Below are positions 1 to 31,072 of a stretch of 44,909 nucleotides of DNA, piece after piece. Numbering within the stretch: position 1 is the stretch's first letter; each line of letters begins with the position of its first letter. A program made the position numbers and the translations under genes. The notes below the pieces were generated by a model, which worked only from the letters and a program-made list of their open reading frames with translations, did not search any database and was not told the DNA's origin. Source of the stretch: Reclinomonas americana ATCC 50394 (Eukaryota); contig PS015102.1 in NCBI GenBank assembly GCA_048213135.1, forward strand, positions 1 to 44,909, read 5' to 3'.

Positions 1-158
1 TGCTTGCGCTGCTCCTCCTCCTTTGCCGTCGCTGCTTGCGCCGCTCCCCTTCCCGCCTCATCTCCCCTTCACGCCTCCTCTCCCCTTCCCCCCTCCTCTC
101 TCCTTCCCTTTGCTTCCTTCTCTTCCCCTCTTTCCCCTCTCCTCATTTCCCCTCTCAG

Positions 159-9787
<9,629 letters not shown>

Positions 9788-9871
9788 ACGGACCACGGTC
9801 GAGCTCTATAACAACCACTACACAACACATACATCAANNNNNNNNNNNNNNNNNNNNGTTGTATATTGCAG

Positions 9872-10267
9872 CTGGCGGCCGAGTACTCTCTGCGCTACGA
9901 GGGTCGCGTGCACAAGTGCGAGGCACACTTGCGCTGGCTCAGCGCCAACTTGCCTTTGGTTTTCCAGCCCGACCTGCTCGACAGCATTCTCAACCGGCCC
10001 GTCTCGCGCATCTCCGTCGCCCGCGCCGGCATGCCAGCCGAGCTGCTTCCGTTCCCCATGTCAGTCAACGCCGGCAAGATCGTGGACAGCGCGACGGCGG
10101 CGGCCGACTGGATCAACGTCGAGGATCCCGTGGAGACATATCGCGAGTTTTACCGACGTGAGAAGCGTCGCTTTGCCGTGTGGAATCGCGGTCGTCCCGC
10201 GCCCAGCTGGTGGACCCCGCCGCTGCGCAAGAGCCCGCGTCGCCGAGCTCAAACTGAGTCGGAGTAA
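9872..10267 (+). CDS. C-terminal exon of pyrimidine-dimer DNA glycosylase-like protein (contig probably inverted in scaffold)
   Basis: Acceptor TTGCAG at 9866-9871, then LAAEYSLRYEGRVHKC...EDPVETYREFYRREKRRFAVWNRGRPAPSWW, the typical C-terminal half of this family; joins in phase 0 to the exon at 10898-11170 (-). Confidence 0.75.
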   Translation: MAAEYSLRYEGRVHKCEAHLRWLSANLPLVFQPDLLDSILNRPVSRISVARAGMPAELLPFPMSVNAGKIVDSATAAADWINVEDPVETYREFYRREKRRFAVWNRGRPAPSWWTPPLRKSPRRRAQTESE

Positions 10268-10322
10268 AGTCTAAAGACAACTCTTGTCCCTCTTGCGTGT
10301 CCCTTCACTTGCGATCGAGAGA

Positions 10323-10725
10323 ATGAGCAGATCGCTCTCGGGCTACCTCTCTGCAGGCACCGCCGGCCTGCTTGGAGCTGTGGGCGCCACACTCGGCAGT
10401 CTCGTGACACGCTGGGATCGCGGCACTCTGGCCACTGGCGAGTACACACTGGCCGTGGAGGCTGTTGTGCGAGTGGTGTTTCTCGTGCTCAGTCTCTCCT
10501 GCAACACCTTTATGTTTACGTTCCTCGCGCGTGCCATGCACGTGCTGCCGAGTGCGGTGGAGGCCAAGGCCGCGTCCATGGCCATCAACTTTGTGAGCAC
10601 TGCGTTGTTTGAGTGGTTGCTCTTTGGCTACAGTGCTCCTTCGCTGCGCTGGTGGGCGGGCATTGCCTTGGTGCTTCTCGGCAGTGCGTTGGTGATGAGA
10701 CGGTCGCTCATGGTCTCGACTCATG
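10323..10725 (+). CDS. TMEM42-like small DMT/EamA-superfamily membrane protein (3' end in gap)
   Basis: Four hydrophobic segments with family-like motifs CNTFMFTFLARAM, SAVEA...AINFVSTALFEWLLFG and RWWAGIALVLLGSALV; intronless up to the gap. Confidence 0.7.
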
Positions 10726-10897
10726 ANNNNNNNNNNNNNNNNNNNNNNNNNNNNNNNNNNNNNNNNNNNNNNNNNNNNNNNNNNNNNNNNNNNNNNNNNN
10801 NNNNNNNNNNNNNNNNNNNNNNNNNNNNNNNNNNNNNNNNNNTTTGTGAGTGCGTGCGGAGAGGTGGTCCACATCAAGGTGGCGGACGCATGCGCAC

Positions 10898-11170
10898 CGC
10901 GAGTCCCACTTCACAAGTGAAGGTGTAGCGCGCCGACGACGACGCCGCCCAGCGCACCAGCGGATGCACCGTGTGCGTGGGCCGGTACGGCGGCAGCGAC
11001 ACGGCCTGCTCACACTCCTCCTTCCACTGTCCACCGTCCACGTCGGTCTGGTTGAGATGCCAGCAAGTGTAGAGGATCTGCGTGGTCTCCGTCACCATCT
11101 TCACCACGTGCTTGTCGCAGTGGTACTCGGCGATGAGGGCGGGGTTGAGCGACAGCAGGAAGAGATTCAT
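10898..11170 (-). CDS. N-terminal exon of pyrimidine-dimer DNA glycosylase-like protein
   Basis: MNLFLLSLNPALIAEYHCDKHVVKMVTETTQILYT...YRPTHTVHPLVRWA matches the MNIF...HCDKHVVKM...HxxHP signature; ends at donor GTGCGC (10897). Confidence 0.8.
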
Positions 11171-11238
11171 CGCGCGCAGTGGACACAAAGATGGAAGTGA
11201 AGCAGTCTCGACAGCCCGCAGCGTGCCGGAAAAGGCGA

Positions 11239-14196
11239 CTATTGTCGGCGATGCCGTTCCATGACCGCCTCCAGGTCCGACAGCGTGACAGGGGTTGCCG
11301 ACTCGCGGCGTCGGAAGGCGAGTAGCGCTGCCTCGCGCACCCAGTTTTCGATATCGGCGCCGGTGGAGCCTTGCGTGCGCTCCGCCAGCAACTGCAGCTG
11401 TGCCAACACCTCGTCTTCCACAGGCACGGGCGCCAGTTTGCAGCGCCAGATTGCAGTGCGTTGCTGCATGGAAAGATGGAGAAGTGAATGACGGAAAACG
11501 GGGAAGACTATGTTGCACCAAGTACCTCGAGCGACGGGTGTGAGATCTCCAGCTGACGATCGAATCGACCTGGTCGCAGAATGGCCGGGTCGAGAACATC
11601 ACGCCGCGTGGTGATGCCCAGCAGAACAACGGGGCGCAGCGGGTCGCGCATGCCCACGCCGTCGAGCTCCGTGAGGAGTGTGCTCAGCAGGCGATCGGCA
11701 CTGCCCGACGTGCTTCCATTGTGACCGCGCATCTGGGCCACCGCGTCGATCTGGCAAAGGGAGAAGGGGTTAAGGGGGAAGGGTGAGGGGAGGGAGAAGG
11801 ACGGGACAAGGTCGGGAGAAGGGAGGGCGAAGGGAGGAGGAAGCTAAGGTGGGAGTGAAGAATTGCGCGACTTGTGAGTTTGCGACCAAGAGAGGGGTGA
11901 CTGTATCGCAAAAGAGTGGGAACCTTGCCTCAGAGCGCAGGAGCGAGTGCGATGAGCAATAGAAGGATTCGTGAGTTTGATCGGAGAAGCCGGACCGGAG
12001 GATTCCAAAGAAAAGGAAGGCAGGGAAACATGGCAAGTAAAGTGAAACAACAAGGAAGAGAGAAAGAGAAGGAGCAAGATGAAAAAGTAAGCAACGAAGA
12101 GAGGATGCAAAGATAGTGCGTAGAGAGCGACAGAGGAAGATGATGCAGTGTGAGGGAATGCAAAAAGAAACAGGAGGGTGAAGGATGACTATGACGAGAA
12201 AGGACAGCTGAGGGAAGAGTGGTGAACAGAAGGGAGGAAAAGAAACAGAAGGGCGAGCAATGCGACAATGTAATGCAGGCTATGCCACTAAAAAAAGATT
12301 GACAATACCTGGTCAATTAGCAACACACAAGGAGCGACGGCACGTGCATTGGCAAAGAGGCGCGCCAGCGCCTTCTCCGACTCGCCCACAATCTTGGACA
12401 GCAGCGCTGATCCTTGTACTGCCACAAAGTTGGCGCGCGACTGGGTGGCCACGGCGTGCGCCAGGTGCGTCTTGCCGCAACCTGACGGGCCGTACAGAAG
12501 GACGTTGCTGGGTGGACGCAGGTCGCGCGACCCAGCTGGCGTCGTCGTGTCGACGAGTTGCAATAGGGGTTCCACCACGAGGCGCTGATGGTACGATGGG
12601 TGTGAGAGACAGACAGGGGAAAGGAGAGGGGGCACGGCAAGGCGCTGGACATGCCTTGAGTTCTGCCATCTTATCGTCGAGACCGCCAAGACTGGCGCTA
12701 TTGAAAATGGATGCAGGCTGCAATGGAGGCGAGCATGAGAAGAGGAGACGGAGAGCGGAAACAGAGTGATGGCGATTTCACCTTGGTGACGCAGTCGACC
12801 ACAGCCGACGGCCTCATGCTCTCCAGCTCACTACGCAGTGCCTCGTGCACTCTCGCAGCGTCGACAGCTGTCGGCACACGAGCCACAGCACGGGCGCACA
12901 ACTCTTGCAGATCGGCTGGCGAGAAACCGGATGTGAGCTCAGCAACCTCGTCCAGTGCGCGATCACTCTGCAGTCATGATGAACAACACATTGAGCTTCG
13001 CCATCATCTATAGCAATCATCACCTGCGTCATCACGCGCTGCATCATGTCGGCCAACAGCAGTCGCCGCTGACCGTGTGTCGGCAGCGGCACGCCGATTT
13101 CCACATCGAGACGACCGAAGCGACGGACGCGCGGATCGAGAGCCGACACATCGCCACACACGGCAAGCAGCATCACGGTGCCACCACTGCACTCGTGCAG
13201 CCGATCCAGTTGCCGAACGAGTTCTGCCAACACGCGATTCTCCACACGTACAACCGATGAGTCAAGGACTGAAAAGGGGGGAGGAATGGCACGAAGGGAA
13301 ACAACAACAACAACAACAAGGATATCGGAAGAGGTGGAGGACCGACGCGCCAACAACTCAAACTCGTCAATCACCAAGAGCGCCAGTTGGTGCTCCTCGG
13401 CGCATTGATGCATCTCATCAAACACGCCGCGCAGCTGCATCTCACTGCGGCCGACCTCTGCGTGTGTCGACGAGTGAGAGTGGCGTTAAGAGAGAAATGT
13501 TACATGATGACGATGCAGCAGACCCTCGTGAAACACATCGCTGGCCGCCGAGATCACTCGCGCCTGCCGGGTGAGAAACGACGCAGCCAGCTGACGCGCG
13601 ATGAACGATTTGCCACTGCCCGACGGTCCGTGCAACACAAACGTGAGTGGCACCAGCGGTCGCCACTCATCGGCGCCCACTCGTCGCACCGCATCCAACA
13701 GCGGCGCCACCGTAGCAGCATGCACCTGCAACACTCGCGTCTCCACCTCCCGCGTCCATTCAACGACAGCCTCCCGCCACGGCCGCAGCAATAACGACCC
13801 ACCGTCACCCATGCGACGCAACACAGTCTCCACCACCGACATGTCCTCCTCCGGCACCAGCGTCCGCAATCGTGCCACACTGCGCACCACATGCACGCGC
13901 GTGCGCTTGCGATCCACGCGACACACGTGCGTCGAAGCCGTCACCGCCACGCACAAGAGCAACGCCGGTTCCTCCCTTCGCCAGTCCACCGTAAACACAT
14001 GGCCGCGATGCAGCAGTCGACGGTGTTCCATGCACGCAAACAGCTCGCAGTCCCAGGTGGAGGATGATGTGGAGGAGGAGGAGAGGGCTGGGAGAAGGGG
14101 AGAAGGGGTGAGGGAAGGGCGAAGGGGAAGGGTGGGAGGGAGAAGGGGGAAGGAAGGTGTAGAGTGAGACACTTGGGAGTATGCATGTTGTGGTTT

Positions 14197-14239
<43 letters not shown>

Positions 14240-14316
14240 AGAGACAAGAAGAGTGTCAGTGTGGGAAGGTCGCAGATCGACGAGAACATTGAGGGGCTCG
14301 GAAGAATATGTGACAG

Positions 14317-14364
<48 letters not shown>

Positions 14365-14458
14365 AAAGAAGCCCAACAGTGAGCGTGGGAAGGTCACAGA
14401 TCGACGTGAACATTGAGGGGCTCGGAAGAACATGGGACAGACGGGGAGAGGGAGAGAG

Positions 14459-14491
<33 letters not shown>

Positions 14492-14892
14492 AAAAGAGAC
14501 CAGAAGAGTCTGAGAGTCGGAGACCGACGAGAACACAGACGGCCTCGTGTGTGTGCGTGTACGGAGAGAGAAAGATGGGAGAGAGCGAGAGAGAGAGAGA
14601 CAGAGGAGAGAGTACGACTGTTATTGACAGCAGCAGGAGGGACTCGGAAGAACATGCACTTGTGGTGAGTGGGCGACGAGAGGGGAACAACAGACTGCAA
14701 CACGAGAGAGAGAGAAAGAGAGAGAGAGAGTGCCTGAGTGAGTGACCTCAACAAACCTGTCAAATCCAACAACCAAGCCTCAGAGGCCACCGCCACAGAA
14801 TCCTCCATTGACACGGGACATAGTGGCGCACTCGGCACAGCGGCGACCAAAGTGCCACTCTCCAAAAACGCGACATCCCACGCTCCCGCCAT
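11239..14892 (-). CDS. CDC48/AFG2(SPATA5)-like type II AAA+ ATPase with two AAA modules; 8 introns; start codon tentative
   Basis: D1: LHGPSGSGKS, LVIDEFE, DPRVRRFGRLDVEI. D2: GGLDD, LLYGPSGCGKT, KIVGESEKA, LLIDQID, LLTELDG, DPAILRPGRFDR, TGADI...VREAA. Stop at 11239. Confidence 0.85.
12585..12654 (-). other. GC-AG intron in AAA ATPase gene
   Basis: AAG|GCATGT...CATCAG|CGC restores GGLDDKMAELK|RLVVEPL; I found no in-frame GT donor at this point. Confidence 0.75.
13248..13325 (-). other. U12-type (minor spliceosome) AT-AC intron, 78 nt
   Basis: Minus strand: 5' ATATCCTT, branch TCCTTGAC (13268-13261), terminal AC 13 nt later. Removal gives SSTSSG|VENRVLAEL and deletes a low-complexity VVVVVV insert. 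Confidence 0.9.
14250..14660. repeat. Intronic minisatellite interleaved with (GA)n
   Basis: GTGGGAAGGTC(G/A)CAGATCGACG(A/T)GAACATTGAGGGGCTCGGAAGAA at ~14260 and ~14385, partial copy ~14640. Confidence 0.7.
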
Positions 14893-15422
14893 AACAAATT
14901 GAAAACACAAAGGATCCGGACTGATCCACGAAGCGAGCCACTTCGGAATGGACGTGGCAAACTGTGTTGAGTGAAGCTGGTACAGCGGCGATCAAAGTGC
15001 CTCAAAGCACCACATCCCAAGCGTCCACCAAGAGAGCACAGAACGGGCTCGATTGCGAGCACAGATTTGCATTGGGACCTCGCGCGCGGAATGGTGCGCA
15101 CTGTCCGTGGAAAACTATGTCGAGCTCGAGTTGAAGTGGCACAGCGTTAACCAAAGTGCCCCAATTGCAAACCACACCTTTCCACTTCCGCCACGAGAAC
15201 TCATGAACAGAAAGAGCAATTGGATCTGCAACGAACAGGCCAACTATTTCGAAGAACTGAAAGCACCGTACGTGGCAAACTGTGGGCCGAGTAAAAGTCG
15301 GCATAGTAGCGGCGATCAAAGTGCGAGAATCTTTATGTAAAAAAGCGAGGACAGATAAGAAGGCGAGCCACTTCGCGGAATTGAGTATTGTCCGTGGCAA
15401 ACTTTGCATCGAGTTGAAGTGT
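14825..15422. repeat. Degenerate ~145-165 bp tandem repeat filling the divergent AAA/RAD1 intergenic region
   Basis: Motif CGTGG(C/A)AAACT..GAGT(T)GAAG..ACAGCGGCGATCAAAGTGC recurs; AAAGTGC anchors at 14849, 14994, 15153, 15318. Confidence 0.7.
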
Positions 15423-15434
15423 GTGAGAGAGAAG

Positions 15435-15825
15435 ATGGCAAGTGTGCGGAGAGCGAGTGGTGTGTCGAGTGTGGAATCGGCGGTGTCGAGTGGCTCCTCG
15501 TCGTCGCCTTCGTTGTTGGGCGGGTATCACATGACGTGTCAGCTGGAGAGTGTGCGCATGATTAGTAGTGTGTTGCAGGCGTTGCAGTTTAGGAGAGATC
15601 AGGTGAGCAGAGGGAGGGAGGGAGGGAGGGAGAGGGAGAGGGAGAGTGAGAGAGACGAGGGGAGAAGGAGAGGAGAAATCAGTCGAAGTTGTGAGTGTGT
15701 GTGTGTGCGAGAGAGAGAGAGGGAGAGATCGAGGCAAGGAGGGTGGAGAAGGGAGAGAAGATGGAGAAGAGAGAGAGGGGAGGGATCAGGCGAAGATTTT
15801 AGAGAGAGAGACAAGTGATGAGCGA

Positions 15826-15862
<37 letters not shown>

Positions 15863-16010
15863 GTGTGCGGAGCGAGGGAACAGAGGCAAGCGAGTGAGAC
15901 GAAGGAGAGCAGGATCAGAGAAGGAGAGGAGTAATCGACTGAGGAGGATGAGAGAGGGAGGAGGTTGGATAAACAGAGAGAGAGAGAGAGCGAGAGTAAG
16001 TGAGAAGAAG

Positions 16011-16049
<39 letters not shown>

Positions 16050-17538
16050 TGCTGCGCACTCTTCTCCACGATGCGAGCCTCGGCCGCCTCTAGTTGAACG
16101 GCCAGGTGAGAGAGTTTGGACTGCTTGCCGGAGCGAGACAAGTGGAAAGGCAGAGGAGAGGACGAGAGAGCGAGAGACAAGTGTGAACGTACGCGGAGCG
16201 CTGGAGGGGAAACAGCGAGAAACAGTGGAGTTCTTGCCGCACGAGACAGGTCGATGATAGAAGCGAGATATATGAGAGAGAGAGAGAGAAAAGGGTGAGA
16301 GCCAGAGACTAGTGCGTGTATACCTGCCAGACGAACAAAGGAAGATTGTGTTAGTGTGACCTTCTACCCCTTCTGTCTCTATTCGCTCACCAATCTTGTC
16401 TGGCAAGCATTCCACACTCTCTCTTCTTCTCCGTCAGTCTTTCTCCTTCCTCGCTCCTCGTCTGATCTCTCCCTTCTGCCTCTCTCTCTCTTTTCTTCTC
16501 CCTTCCTCGCTCCTCACCTCCCCCCCCCCTTCTATCCCTTCTCCTTCTCCCTTCCCTCCCCTTCCTGCCTTCCCCCTCCGCAGACCATCCTCTTCGAACT
16601 CTCAAAATCCGGCATCACCATCGTGGCCGAGGAAGACCGCGTAGTCGTCGGCCGCGCCAAAATGGCCAAGGAGGTATTCGGCGAGTACACCTTTGCGCTG
16701 CCGCCCGGGGAGGTGCTGCCGATTCGCTTCTCGTTGCACCTCGGCAATCTGCTGGACGCGCTCCACTTGTACGGCTCCAATCGCTCCGCCTCGGCCGACT
16801 CGACCTCGCTGCACATTTGCTACCCGGGCGACGAGTCGTCGCTCGTGCTCATGTTGACCGAGGGCGATGCGCAATATGCCGTGGTCACCGATTGTGCACT
16901 GCGCACGGCATTGCCAGTGGAGGTGCGTGCGTGCCCGCGATGATGATGATCGCACAGTTGTCTCACTCTTTCAAAACAGATCCCCGATCTCGGCTTTGGT
17001 TCGGCCGTGTGCACGTGCGAGTTGATTCTGCGCAGTGTGGCGCTACGCGAGGCTGTGGCGGAGATGGAGTGGGCGGGCGCTGATTTCGTCGAGCTGACCA
17101 TTGTGGGCCAGTCGTCGCCGGAGCCGTGCGTGCGCCTGTCCACCGACGGCCCGCAAGGAACCTGCGAAGTCACCATTCCGTTCAACGCCGAGGCCGTTGT
17201 CATGTTCTCGTGCATGGAGACCGTCAGCTTTACGTTGCGTCTCTCGCTCTCGCACAGCACGTAAACGAACGAACAAGCAACTCATCGACGTTTGCAGCTA
17301 CCGATTATGCCACCTGCTGCTCAACTCCAAGGCGCTCGGCTTCGCACAAGACACTCAAGTGCGCATCGCTCGCGGGGGCCTCCTCAACCTCATCCACCTC
17401 GTTACGCCTGCCTCGCCTTGTGCAAAAGAGACGCGACGTTTGACTGACAAAACACCGCAGATCCCGTCGCACATCAAGGACGTATTCGTGGCTGTCGACG
17501 TGTCGATCTGCGCCGAGATTGAGGAGACTGGGCAGTAA
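15435..17538 (+). CDS. RAD1: Checkpoint clamp (9-1-1) subunit Rad1; 4 introns
   Basis: QLESVRMISSVLQALQF, FSLHLGNLLDALHLYG, LHICYPG..SLVLMLTEG, LILRSVALREAVAEME, VRLSTDGPQG, YRLCHLLLNSKAL, VRIARGGLL follow the Rad1 PCNA-like fold end to end. Confidence 0.9.
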
Positions 17539-17569
17539 AGCAGTGAGACAGACTGACAGACACGCGAGG

Positions 17570-18766
17570 ATGAAGAGCGTGTGCTATGCCAGTGGCATCT
17601 CCACTGATCGCGCATCGCGACTGCTTAGCGATCTCAATGGTGTTTTGTTGCATTGTCTGTGCGCGCGCGAAAGAGAGAGAAGACAAGGCGCTTATACACA
17701 TACACAGGCGAGTATCTCTGCTGTCTAAGCAACACGGGCGATGCATCATTCCACTCATGCATGGAGGTCTCTCTCATTGTCACTCTCTGTTGCTCTTGTC
17801 GAGACCTCTCACACGCGCGCGTGCGTGTGGCAGGACGTTGAGTTCTCCGTGCACGACGCCCTCGACGCTGCATTCCTCACGTCGCGAGTCGGCGAAGTCG
17901 TCGCAGTCACACGATCGCGCACTGGTGAACTTCGCCTGGTCGAGGTCGAGCAGGAGTTGAGCGCAACAGCCACAGGCAAGCCGCCGAATGTGCGGCCTCT
18001 TGTGCTCTCCTCGGACTCGGTCGAGGAGGAGGAGGAGTGGAGGTACAACTTGCGCAGTCTTCTTCTACTTGTATTTCCGCCTAAGTTGTTGTTCTTTAGG
18101 CAATCGTTGGGGATGACAGGCCGAGCACAGCACATGGCACTGGTGTTGGATAGCGCACGGTGTGTGCGTGTCTTTCGCGTGGACGGCGAACGGGCGACTC
18201 CTGCAGGCGAATTGAGGCTTCCCGAGGGCGCACTGGTCGGCTCTATGCACTTGTCCGAGTCGGCGTTGCTGGTGGGCACGCAGCAGGGAGCCGGTTTGCA
18301 TGTGATGCCAGTGTCGCAGCAGCAGCAGGCGGAAGGCGTCGTGGCGTCTGTGCTGCTGGAGACCGAGTCGCGAGTGGTGCACATGGCGTACTTGTCGTGG
18401 CAGCATACGCTGGTGCTGTGCGAGTCGTCGCCTCCAATGGTGTACGATGGAACGCGACTGGTGCCGCTCTTCAGTGCGCCACTGCAGGCGGCATCGCTGG
18501 CGGCGGTGTTGCCGGTGACGTATCGCAGTCCGGTCGGTCTCTTGGTGCTGTGCCATGAGCGCGCGTTGACGCTCCTGCGCGTGGAGATGCTGAGCAATGA
18601 GACGGCGCTGGTGGCGACGCACACGGCGACCATGGCCTGGTCCGACAGCCCGGTGTTGTCGGCGGTGCTGTGCTGGCCGGCGTCGTTGCTGCTGGTGTGC
18701 CCTGCGCGCTCGCAGGTGGTGGTGGTGGAGTGTGAGCCGCCGACAGCAGCCGCGCCCGTGCCCTGA
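17570..18766 (+). CDS. Uncharacterised beta-rich (possibly propeller-like) protein; 5' exons tentative
   Basis: Long GC3-rich ORF 17834-18766 with one GTACAA..TTTAG intron (~18043-18099) and two short upstream exons from ATG 17570; no motif recognised. Confidence 0.55.
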
Positions 18767-18849
18767 TCCACTAATTGATAATGAAAGAAGACGCTACTAG
18801 CATGTGTGTATTTTGTGAGGGAACAGGGCGTGTGGGATTCCTTTTTCTT

Positions 18850-30429
<11,580 letters not shown>

Positions 30430-31072
30430 TCTCTCTCTTCTCGAGCGCGCGAAAAGAGAAACAGGCAAAAATTCATGAATATCGGGTTTGTCGAACATGA
30501 GCTTCTCTTGCTCTCTTCATGCACTTTGTCTGGTTACTCACCAATAAGAGACACGCACAGAACCCACGGCAACTGAATCCTTTTCTTTCGTGTGAGTCTT
30601 GCGGAACCCGAATTCGAATTCGAAGCTGCTTTCTTGCGGACGAGTGCATGCGCTAGAGTGGGCCGAGACGCAGACAACAGCAGCACATGTCGTACGACAG
30701 AGGAACTGCAACGGCTCCAGTATGCTGCAGGATCCGGATCGACCATGATCATGATTCTTCGCGATTGTTCTGTCTTGATTCGACCGAGCCGACCCCCCCC
30801 ACGGACCGTCCCGCCCTGGGCGATTCGGCAAGGGCATTCCTTGACTGCTACGACGCCATAATGCGTCTCAGAAACGCCCACGAAACTGTTGTCCGGATCG
30901 AAATTCCCGACGCGTACGTCGACGTCGACACTCTCGACGCTGCACGCGTAAAACAATGTGCGTCTCATACACAGTGGCCACGCATGTCTCTACATATATG
31001 CACACAGTCACCCGCTGCTCAAGCACGCTCCTCGCAGGACACATTTGATAATTCTCCGACGTTGACGAGCAT

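Noticed and set aside
11752-12309. Possible GT-AG U12 intron (CCTTAAC near the acceptor)
   Set aside because: Donor is GTATTG, not GTATCC, and the motif sits in a C/T tract where it can arise by chance; at most a converted intron.
15002-15409. 135-aa minus ORF as AAA first exon or separate gene
   Set aside because: Lies entirely within the degenerate repeat array and has no recognisable motif.
16045-16135. Minus-strand coding-like fragment (SKLSHLAVQLEAAEARIVEKSAQ) inside RAD1 intron 1
   Set aside because: Short, flanked by microsatellites, no coherent splice sites; chance or mis-join.
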